NCBI GenBank assembly: GCA_031441465.1
Contig: JANOEP010000006.1
Span: 1 to 43,576, forward strand
Reading direction: 5' to 3'
Length of the DNA: 43,576 nucleotides
From: a bacterium
GTDB taxonomy: Bacteria > Krumholzibacteriota > Krumholzibacteriia > LZORAL124-64-63
Under the pieces are notes generated by a model that worked only from the letters and a program-made list of their open reading frames with translations, made no database searches and was not told where the DNA came from. Positions 36,318-43,576 of this stretch are shown here, piece after piece; position 1 is the first letter of the stretch; each line of letters begins with the position of its first letter. The position numbers and the translations under genes were made by a program.

Positions 36318-38867
36318 ATGCTGGCACCCGACTGGTACCGCCGCCCGACGTTCCTGATCGCGGCGGGCGTCTTCGCCGTCGCGACGATCGTCTACTGCCT
36401 GACCCTGCCGCAGACGCTGAGCTTCTGGGACTGCGGCGAGTACATCACCACCGCGCACACCATGGGCGTCCCGCACCAGCCCGGCACGCCGCTCTACGTG
36501 CTGGTCGGCCGCTTCTTCGACATCCTGCTCGCGCCGCTGGTCGGCACCGCGACGGCGGTCAACTTCATGTCGGCGTTCTTCAGCGCCCTGGCCCTGGTGT
36601 TCCTGTACCTGACGATCCAGGACATCGCCCGGCGCGCCGACCCCGACAGCGGGTGGCTGCCCCACGCCGGCGGCGTGGTGGGGGCGCTGTTCCTGCTGTT
36701 CAGCGAGACCTACTGGAACAACGCCATCGAAGCCGAGGTGTACGGGCTGGCGGCCTTCGTCGTCGCGTTCCTGACCTGGCTGGGCCTGAAGTGGTACGAC
36801 ATCCGCGACGAGCAGCACAGCGATCGGCTGCTCTACCTCGTCATCTACCTGCTGGGCCTGGGGGTCGGCTTCCACCTGGGCACGCTGCTGGTCTACCCGG
36901 GCATCTTCCTGCTGATCGTGCTGGCGCGCGGCCGCAAGCTCGCGCTGGTGGACCTCATGGGCGTCAGCGTCGGCCTAGGCCTGTTCCTGCTCTCGACGAT
37001 CGTCAAGGACGACGTTGTGATCGTCAGCGGCCTGGTCCTGCTGCTGGCCTTCGCCGGGTGGCGCGCCTACGGGGGCAAGCCCTTCATCCTGATCGGCTGC
37101 GGGGTGTTCCTGCTCGGCCTGAGCGTCCACCTGATCCTGCTGATCCGCGCCGGTCTCGCCCCGGCCCTCAACAACACGCAGCCCGACAACTTCCAGACCC
37201 TGATGTCGGTGCTGCGCCGCGAGCAGTACCCGCCCATCGATCCCCTGGTGCGCAAGGCCGACCTGTGGTGGCAGGTCCGCTACTACTACGGCTTCCTGCT
37301 GGACCAGTTCAGCTTCCTGGACCTCGGCCAGGTCCGCCTGACGCGCCTGCTGACGATCTTCGTGCCGGTGTTCCTGGGCCTGCTGGGGGCGATCCACGGG
37401 TTCTTCCGCTGCCGCCCCTGGTACTGGATGCTGCTGGTGAACTACCTGATCAACGCGGACATCCTGAACCTCTACCTGAACTTCTCGGACAACGAGGTCC
37501 GCGCCCGCGACTACTTCTTCTCCACCGGCTTCATGTTCTTCGCCCTGTTCATCGGTCTGGGTGCGGCGGCTCTGCTGCGCTACCTCTCGGGGCCGCTCGC
37601 GGCGCGCGGCGCCCGCAACGCGCCGCCGGCCCGGATCGGCCGGGCGGCGACGGTGACGGCGGCGGCGCTGATCCTGGTCGCGGCCCTGCCGGCGCTCGCA
37701 CCCGGCAATACGAAGTGGTACACCCATGACCGCACGGAAAACCGCACGGCGCACGAGTACGCCTGGAACCTCCTGGCCGGCCTGGACCCCGGCGCCATCG
37801 TCTTCACCAACGGGGACAACGACACCTACCCGCTGTGGTACCTGCAGGAGGTGGAGGGATTCCGGCGCGACGTCACGGTCGTGAACCTGGCGCTGATCAA
37901 CCTGCCCTGGTACGTCAAGCAGATGAAGCGCCGCCACCCGCCGATGCCCGTTTCCTACGACGACGCGCAGGTCGAGCAGCTGCGCGCAGTGATGTACGAG
38001 GACCCCGACACCGGGCAGCGCGAGGTCGTGTACGTGCGCGACTACATCGTGCACGACATCATCCAGAACCGCGGCCAGCGCCCGGTCTTCTTCGCCGTGA
38101 CGATTCCCCAGGAAAACATGGCCCGCTATTTCCCGATGCTCCAGATGGAGGGGCTGGCGTACCGCTTCACCGGCGTCAAGGGGCAGGACGGCCTGCCCAC
38201 GGTCGACGCCGACCGCCTGCTGGCGAACTGCTACGGGATCTACGATTTCAGCGCCACCCTGGACGGCGACTCGGCGCGACGGCGCTCCGAGTTCCTCGCC
38301 CTGAACAACCTGCCGCAGAACCCGAGCCCCGAGGGTGAGGTCCGCGAGATCCTGGGCGAGCGCGACTGGCGCTTCGACGGGCTGTGGCGGCAGAACGGCC
38401 GCCACCGCCAGGACGTCCACTTCGACCGCAACGCCGAGAACCTGCTGGGCAACTACCCGGCGGGCCTGATCCGCGCCGGCTACGACTACATCATGCGGGC
38501 GCAGGCGCCCGGCGCCACCGACGCCGACTACGACGAGATGATCACCAAGGCGGAGAACGCGTTCGAACTGGCCAGCAGCTTCGACCCCACGTTCCCGATG
38601 GTGACCGACATCTACCCCATGGTGCTGGTCGAGCGCGGCCGCGCCCAGGACGCCGCCGCCCACGTCCAGCGCCTCCACGGGGCGATCCCGCCTCGGGACG
38701 AGCAGGCCCTGATCCCGCAGCTGGTCCAGGCCATGGTGCAGCGCGGGCAGGACGCCACGGCCATCGCCTGGATGGAGCAGCGCCTGCGCGACGATCCCCG
38801 GGACGCCGTGGCGAGCCAGCAGCTCGAAGCCCTGCGCCGGCCGGGCGCCGCCGGGAGCACGCCATGA
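36318..38867 (+). CDS. DUF2723 / TMEM260-like GT-C glycosyltransferase with C-terminal TPR-like helices
   Basis: TLSFWDCGEYI…GVPHQPGTPLY, W..AIEAEVY, L.REQY, R.RDYFF, FTNGDNDTYPLWYLQEVEGFRRDV.VVNL.L...WY; many TM helices. Confidence 0.92.
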   Translation: MLAPDWYRRPTFLIAAGVFAVATIVYCLTLPQTLSFWDCGEYITTAHTMGVPHQPGTPLYVLVGRFFDILLAPLVGTATAVNFMSAFFSALALVFLYLTIQDIARRADPDSGWLPHAGGVVGALFLLFSETYWNNAIEAEVYGLAAFVVAFLTWLGLKWYDIRDEQHSDRLLYLVIYLLGLGVGFHLGTLLVYPGIFLLIVLARGRKLALVDLMGVSVGLGLFLLSTIVKDDVVIVSGLVLLLAFAGWRAYGGKPFILIGCGVFLLGLSVHLILLIRAGLAPALNNTQPDNFQTLMSVLRREQYPPIDPLVRKADLWWQVRYYYGFLLDQFSFLDLGQVRLTRLLTIFVPVFLGLLGAIHGFFRCRPWYWMLLVNYLINADILNLYLNFSDNEVRARDYFFSTGFMFFALFIGLGAAALLRYLSGPLAARGARNAPPARIGRAATVTAAALILVAALPALAPGNTKWYTHDRTENRTAHEYAWNLLAGLDPGAIVFTNGDNDTYPLWYLQEVEGFRRDVTVVNLALINLPWYVKQMKRRHPPMPVSYDDAQVEQLRAVMYEDPDTGQREVVYVRDYIVHDIIQNRGQRPVFFAVTIPQENMARYFPMLQMEGLAYRFTGVKGQDGLPTVDADRLLANCYGIYDFSATLDGDSARRRSEFLALNNLPQNPSPEGEVREILGERDWRFDGLWRQNGRHRQDVHFDRNAENLLGNYPAGLIRAGYDYIMRAQAPGATDADYDEMITKAENAFELASSFDPTFPMVTDIYPMVLVERGRAQDAAAHVQRLHGAIPPRDEQALIPQLVQAMVQRGQDATAIAWMEQRLRDDPRDAVASQQLEALRRPGAAGSTP

Positions 38868-39871
38868 CGGGCGAGGCCGGCCTCGCGAGCGGGGCGCGCG
38901 TCGTGGTGACCGGCTGCGCGGGGTTCATCGGCAGCCACCTCGCCGAAGCCCTGCTGGAGCGCGGCTGCGCGGTCGTCGGCATCGACGCGCTGACCGACTA
39001 CTACGACCCGGCGCTCAAGCGCGAGAACCTGGCGCCGCTGCTGGGGCGGCCGGGATTCACGTTCCACCACGCCGACCTGAACGACGTCGACGCGGTCGAG
39101 CTGCTCGCCGGCAGCCGCGCCGTGTTCCACCTCGCCGCCCAAGCCGGCGTGCGCGCCAGCTGGGGGAGCCAGTTCGGCGACTACCTGTCCCGCAACCTGG
39201 CCGCCACCCAGCGCCTGCTGGAGGCCTGCCGCGACCCGAGGGTGGCGCCGGGGCTCGCCCGGTTCGTGTATTCCAGTTCGAGTTCGGTCTACGGCGACCG
39301 CCTCGACCTGCCGGTGACCGAGCGCGCGCTGCCGCAGCCGTTCTCGCCGTACGGCGTGACCAAGCTGGCGGCCGAGCACCTCTGCGTGCTCTACAGCGCC
39401 AACCACGGCGTGCCGACCACGTCCCTGCGCTACTTCACCGTCTACGGGCCGCGCCAGCGGCCCGACATGGCCTTCCGCAAGTTCCTCGAGGCGGCCTTCG
39501 ACGGGAAGCCCTGGCTCGTCTTCGGCGACGGGTCCCAGACGCGGGACTTCACCTACGTGGCGGACGCGGTGAACGCGAACCTCCTGGCGGTCGGCGCGCC
39601 CGGGCCGTGGGCCGTGTACAACGTCGGCGGCGGCTCGCGCATCGCGCTGGACGCGGCCCTGACGGTCATGCGCGACCTGCTGCGCGAGGCGGCGCCCGAA
39701 GTCCGCGTCGTGATCGAACACGTGCCGGTCGAGAAGGGCGACGTGCGCGACACCTGGGCCGATCCCGGCCGCATCCGCGACGAGATCGGCTACGTCGCGC
39801 AAGTTCCGTTCGGCGAGGGGTTGCGCCGGGAAGTTTTCTGGGTCGCCGCGCGCAGGAGGGGACATGCCTGA
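38864..39871 (+). CDS. NAD-dependent nucleotide-sugar epimerase (UDP-glucuronate 4-epimerase-like)
   Basis: TGCAGFIGSH, YYDPALK, HLAAQAGVR, SSSSVYG, YGVTK, FTVYGPRQRPDMA. Confidence 0.9.
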   Translation: MTGEAGLASGARVVVTGCAGFIGSHLAEALLERGCAVVGIDALTDYYDPALKRENLAPLLGRPGFTFHHADLNDVDAVELLAGSRAVFHLAAQAGVRASWGSQFGDYLSRNLAATQRLLEACRDPRVAPGLARFVYSSSSSVYGDRLDLPVTERALPQPFSPYGVTKLAAEHLCVLYSANHGVPTTSLRYFTVYGPRQRPDMAFRKFLEAAFDGKPWLVFGDGSQTRDFTYVADAVNANLLAVGAPGPWAVYNVGGGSRIALDAALTVMRDLLREAAPEVRVVIEHVPVEKGDVRDTWADPGRIRDEIGYVAQVPFGEGLRREVFWVAARRRGHA

Positions 39872-40799
39872 CGTCCGGCTCGACCTCTCGGTGGTGGTGC
39901 CCGCGCTGAACGAGGCGGAATCGCTGCCCGAACTGGTGGCGCGCATCGCGGCCGCGGCGGCCGCGGCGGGGCTGTCGCACGAGGTGTGGATCATCGACGA
40001 CGGCAGCACCGACGACACGCCCGGCGTCCTGGAGCGGTTGCACGCCGCCGACGCCCGCGTCCGCGGTCTGGAGTTCACGCGCAACCACGGCAAGGCCGCC
40101 GCCCTGGCGGCCGGCTTCGCGGCCGCGACCGGGCGTTACGTGGTCACCATGGACGCCGACCTGCAGGACGACCCCGACGAGATCCCGCACCTCGTGGCGA
40201 AGCTGGAAGAAGGTTACGACCTCGTCTCGGGCTGGAAGCAGGACCGCAAGGACGGCTTCGTCAAGAACACCTCGTCGCGCTTCTTCAACGCGGTCACCAG
40301 CCGCGCCGTCGGTCTGCGCCTGCACGACTACAACTGCGGCCTGAAGGCCTACCGCCGCGAGGTCGTCGAGGCGGTGCGCCTCTACGGCGAGATGCACCGC
40401 TACATCCCGGCGCAGGCGTACCGCGAGGGGTTCCGGGTGACCGAGATCCCCGTCCGGCACCACCGCCGCCGCCACGGCGTCACCAAGTACGGCCCGGCCC
40501 GCTTCCTCAACGGCTTCCTGGACCTGCTGACCCTGATGTTCCTCAGCTCGCGCTCCGCGTCGCCCCTGCACCTGTTCGGGCGGATCGGCGCGGCCAGCTT
40601 CGCCGTCGGCGGCGCGATCCTGGCCTGGTTCCTCGTCCAGTGGGCGCTGGGGCACGGGCTGCGCGTGCGGCCGCTGATGCTGCTCGGCGCCGGTCTGGTC
40701 ATCGTCGCCGTCCAGTTCGTCAGCCTCGGCCTCATCGCCGAACTGGTGGTGGCGGGCAACCATCCCGAGACCGGGTACCGTGTCCGCCGCCGGCACTGA
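39864..40799 (+). CDS. GT2 polyprenol-phosphate glycosyltransferase (DPM1/GtrB/ArnC-like)
   Basis: VVPALNE, IDDGSTD, RNHGKAAAL, MDADLQDDP, HDYNCGLKAYR, GEMHRYIP; two C-terminal TM helices. Confidence 0.92.
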   Translation: MPDVRLDLSVVVPALNEAESLPELVARIAAAAAAAGLSHEVWIIDDGSTDDTPGVLERLHAADARVRGLEFTRNHGKAAALAAGFAAATGRYVVTMDADLQDDPDEIPHLVAKLEEGYDLVSGWKQDRKDGFVKNTSSRFFNAVTSRAVGLRLHDYNCGLKAYRREVVEAVRLYGEMHRYIPAQAYREGFRVTEIPVRHHRRRHGVTKYGPARFLNGFLDLLTLMFLSSRSASPLHLFGRIGAASFAVGGAILAWFLVQWALGHGLRVRPLMLLGAGLVIVAVQFVSLGLIAELVVAGNHPETGYRVRRRH

Positions 40800-41748
40800 C
40801 GCCGGCACCGGCGTCGCCGGTGTGACGACCGAGACGCCGCCGTCACTCGCGGTGGTCGTCGTCAACTGGAACGGCCGCGACCACCTTCCCGAGTGCATCG
40901 GCTCCCTGCTCGCCGACGGCTACGACCCCCTGCGCATCGTCGTCGTCGACAACGCGTCGACGGACGGGTCGGACCAGTTCTGTCGCGACGCCTTCCCTTC
41001 GGTCGAAATCGTCGTCAGCGATCGCAACCGCTATTGGGCGGGCGGCAACAACCTCGGTCTGCGGCACCTGCGGGCGACCGGGGGCGCGGATTTTACGCTG
41101 CTGCTCAACAACGACACCATCGTGCCGCAGGGGAGTCTCGCCCGTCTGGTGGAGGCGGCCGTCCGCGAACCGGGTGCCTGGGCGGCGACGCCGCGCATCT
41201 GCTTCGCGGACGAGCCGTGGCGCATCTGGTACGACGGCGGGCGGGTCGGGCGCTTCTCGGGCTGGGTGGGGCACCAGGGCATCCGGAAAGCCGCCGGCCG
41301 CCGCGCGCTCGACGAGCGTTTCGTGGAGTACGGGACGGGCTGCGCGCTGCTGCTGTCGCGCCGGGCCCTGGCGGCGGTGCCGGAACTGGACGAGGCCTAC
41401 ACGTTCTACGGCGAGGACACCGACTACTGCCTGCGCCTGCGGGCCGCCGGCGGCCGCATCCTGCACGTCCCGCGGTCGCTGATCCTGCACAAGGTGAGCG
41501 CGTCGGTCGGCGCCCGGTCGCCCCGCAAGGCCTACCTGCGCAGCCGCAGCCACGTCCGGCTGCTGAAGCACCACTGGCGGGGGACGGCGCGCGCGGCGCT
41601 CTGGCCTTGCCAAGCGGCGTACTTCGCCGGGCACGCGGTCTGGCACCTGTGGCAGGGGAGGCCCGCCGTCGCGCGCGCCGTCCTGACGGGCGCCCTGGAC
41701 GAACTGACGGGGCGGCCCACGGAACCCCCTGTCGCTCCTCGGGTTTGA
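40780..41748 (+). CDS. GT2 glycosyltransferase (WbbL/rhamnosyltransferase-like)
   Basis: VVVVNWNG, VVDNASTDGS, GGNNLG, LLLNNDT, TGCALL, FYGEDTDYCLR, ILHKVSAS; start may be the GTG at 40822. Confidence 0.88.
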   Translation: MSAAGTDAGTGVAGVTTETPPSLAVVVVNWNGRDHLPECIGSLLADGYDPLRIVVVDNASTDGSDQFCRDAFPSVEIVVSDRNRYWAGGNNLGLRHLRATGGADFTLLLNNDTIVPQGSLARLVEAAVREPGAWAATPRICFADEPWRIWYDGGRVGRFSGWVGHQGIRKAAGRRALDERFVEYGTGCALLLSRRALAAVPELDEAYTFYGEDTDYCLRLRAAGGRILHVPRSLILHKVSASVGARSPRKAYLRSRSHVRLLKHHWRGTARAALWPCQAAYFAGHAVWHLWQGRPAVARAVLTGALDELTGRPTEPPVAPRV

Positions 41749-41762
41749 CCGTCTCTCGGGAG

Positions 41763-41792
41763 TGGACGCCCGCGGTCGCCGGATGATATCCT
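41763..41792 (+). promoter_or_regulatory. Putative promoter for the YfhO-like gene
   Basis: TGGACG(41763-41768)-18-TATCCT(41787-41792) with extended TG. Confidence 0.5.
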
Positions 41793-41838
41793 CGATCGGT
41801 ATGGTGCCGCGGCCACGCCGCATCCGAAAGGGAACCAC

Positions 41839-43576
41839 GTGCGCGTCAACCACGACCGTCCCGGCGCCGGGACCGGCCCGCGTCGCCGCCTGCTGCATGC
41901 CGGCGGGATCGCCCTGGCCCTGCTGGTCCTGCTGGGGCTGCTCTACCCCGAAGCGCTGCTGCAGGGCCGGGTGTTCGGCAGCAGCGACGCCGAGAACGCC
42001 GCGCTGTTCACGATCGTCGGCGACGCCTCGCTCGCCCGCGGCGTCTACCCGCAGTGGAACCCCTACCTGTTCGCCGGGATGCCGACCTTCGGTTCGCTGT
42101 CGTACACCCGTTTCGTCTACCCGCCCGGCGAAGCGCTGACCTACCTGCAGGACCACCTCGGTTTCCCGCCCCTGACCTGGATGCTGGCGCACCTGCTGCT
42201 CGGCGGCGCCGGCATGGTCTGGCTGCTGGGTCGCTGGCGGCTGCCCCTGCCGGCGCGGCTGCTCGGAGCGGCGGTCTGGCTGCTCCAGCCCAACGTCGTG
42301 GCCTGGGGCGTGCACGGCCACGGCAGCAAGCTGGTGACGGCCATGTACCTGCCCTGGATCGTGGGCTCGTGCCTGGACTTGCTGGAAGGGAAGGGCCGCC
42401 GGCGGGCCGCCCTGCTCGCGTTGGCCGTCGCGCTGCAGGTCCTGCGCGGCCACGTCCAGATCCTCTACTATTCGCTGCTGTGCGTGGGTGTCCTGGTGCT
42501 GGGCAAGTGGGTCGCCGTGCTGGTGGCCCGGCGGCGGCGTGTCGCCGGCGCGGGTGGCTGGCCCTGGCGGCCGACCGCTGCGATCGGCGCCGCCCTGGTG
42601 GCGGCGTTCCTGGTCGGCGCTGTCCAGTTGCTGCCGGTGCGCGAGTACGCCGGCTGGTCGGTGCGGGGCTCGTCCGAGGGGGGCGGCGCCAGCTACGAGT
42701 ACGCCACCGGTTGGAGCCTGCACCCGCGGGAATTCCCGACCCTCGTCCAGCCGGCGGCCGCCGGCTTCGGACTGGGCACCTACCAGGGCTTCATGCCGTT
42801 CACGGATTACCCCAACTACTTTGGCTGGCTGCTGCTGACGCTCGCGGCTCTCGGCGCCTGGGCCGTGCCGCGCTGGCCGCAACGCGCGCTGGTGGCGCTG
42901 GCCCTGATGTCGCTGCTGGTCGCCTGCGGACGCTTCTTCCCGGTGCTGTACGGCCCGTTCTACCACCTGCTGCCGTACTTCAACAAGTTCCGCATCCCGG
43001 TGATGATCCTGTCGGTGACGGGCTTCGCGCTGGCGGTCCTGGCGGCGCACGGCGTGGCCGCCCTGCACGGCGCCGGGGCCGGAGCGCGCCTGCCGCGACG
43101 GCTGGCCTGGGTCTGGCTGGGGCTCGGCGCCGTCTCGCTCCTGGGCGCGCTGGGACCGGGCAAGGGGCTGCACGCTTCCCAACTCGCGAGCCTGGCCGCC
43201 GCTTCCGGTCGGGGCGCCCCCGCGCCCGAGGTCCTCGCCGCGGCTTGGAGCCTGCAGCGGGCTGACCTGCTGCGCATCGGCCTGCTGCTCGTCGCCGCCG
43301 GCGCCGCCACCTGGTTCGGAACGCGTGGGGCCGCGCCGCGCCGCGCCTGGCTGCCCTGGGTCCTGCTGGCGCTCGTGTCGGTGGACCTGCTCGGTGTGGC
43401 GAGCCGGATCACCCATCCCGAACGCGGGCTGCAACAACTCGCCCGGCGGGCCGACGGGGGCGCCTCCCTGGTGCCGGCCGGAGATCTCATCCGGCAGGCC
43501 GCGCGGCGCTCGGCGTTCCGGGCGGATCCTTTCCTGGTCGAGGTGGCGCAGCTCGTCGGTCACGAACGCGTGTGGC
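41839..43576 (+). CDS. YfhO-family GT-C membrane protein, 3'-truncated (absent from the ORF track because it has no stop in the window)
   Basis: Manual frame-1 translation: QWNPYLFAGMP, HGHGSKL, GHVQILYY, SVRG, YATGWS, PFTDYPNYFG, PYFNKFRIP; open to the window end. Confidence 0.88.
   Translation, partial: MRVNHDRPGAGTGPRRRLLHAGGIALALLVLLGLLYPEALLQGRVFGSSDAENAALFTIVGDASLARGVYPQWNPYLFAGMPTFGSLSYTRFVYPPGEALTYLQDHLGFPPLTWMLAHLLLGGAGMVWLLGRWRLPLPARLLGAAVWLLQPNVVAWGVHGHGSKLVTAMYLPWIVGSCLDLLEGKGRRRAALLALAVALQVLRGHVQILYYSLLCVGVLVLGKWVAVLVARRRRVAGAGGWPWRPTAAIGAALVAAFLVGAVQLLPVREYAGWSVRGSSEGGGASYEYATGWSLHPREFPTLVQPAAAGFGLGTYQGFMPFTDYPNYFGWLLLTLAALGAWAVPRWPQRALVALALMSLLVACGRFFPVLYGPFYHLLPYFNKFRIPVMILSVTGFALAVLAAHGVAALHGAGAGARLPRRLAWVWLGLGAVSLLGALGPGKGLHASQLASLAAASGRGAPAPEVLAAAWSLQRADLLRIGLLLVAAGAATWFGTRGAAPRRAWLPWVLLALVSVDLLGVASRITHPERGLQQLARRADGGASLVPAGDLIRQAARRSAFRADPFLVEVAQLVGHERVW

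Overview
Very GC-rich (roughly 70-75% by eye) core chromosomal segment of a diderm bacterium. Gene content and order (spoVG in ispE-tRNA-Gln-prs-rplY-pth, DUF2723 and YfhO glycosyltransferases, MglAB-like pair) suggest an FCB-related candidate phylum such as Krumholzibacteriota, Latescibacterota or Eisenbacteria; this is inference only. About 40 CDSs, almost all on the + strand: a divergent MglB/MglA-like pair; pgpA-cinA-thpR-recA-recX-rfbD-gmhA-ubiA-type prenyltransferase-DUF362-like-ispE-spoVG-tRNA-Gln(TTG)-prs-rplY-pth-rpsF-rpsR-rplI-manC-like; an envelope block (parvulin-TPR lipoprotein, LpoA/LppC-like lipoprotein, TonB-C protein, double-domain amidase) transcribed partly divergently from selA-(MinD-like/SPOR)-smc-ftsY; an FMN riboswitch with ribD-ribE-ribBA-ribH-nusB; and a glycosylation cluster (methyltransferase, GT4, flippase-like protein, TMEM260/DUF2723 GT-C, epimerase, two GT2s, YfhO GT-C running off the end). 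No mobile elements, CRISPR or rRNA were seen. Most notable: a candidate TMEM260-type protein O-glycosylation system, an orphan selA coupled to a MinD-like/SPOR protein and sharing a palindromic divergent promoter with an amidase that has one active and one degenerate domain, a likely pseudo-GTPase MglA, and several structured leaders and internal promoters. All family calls come from manual motif recognition, not database searches.
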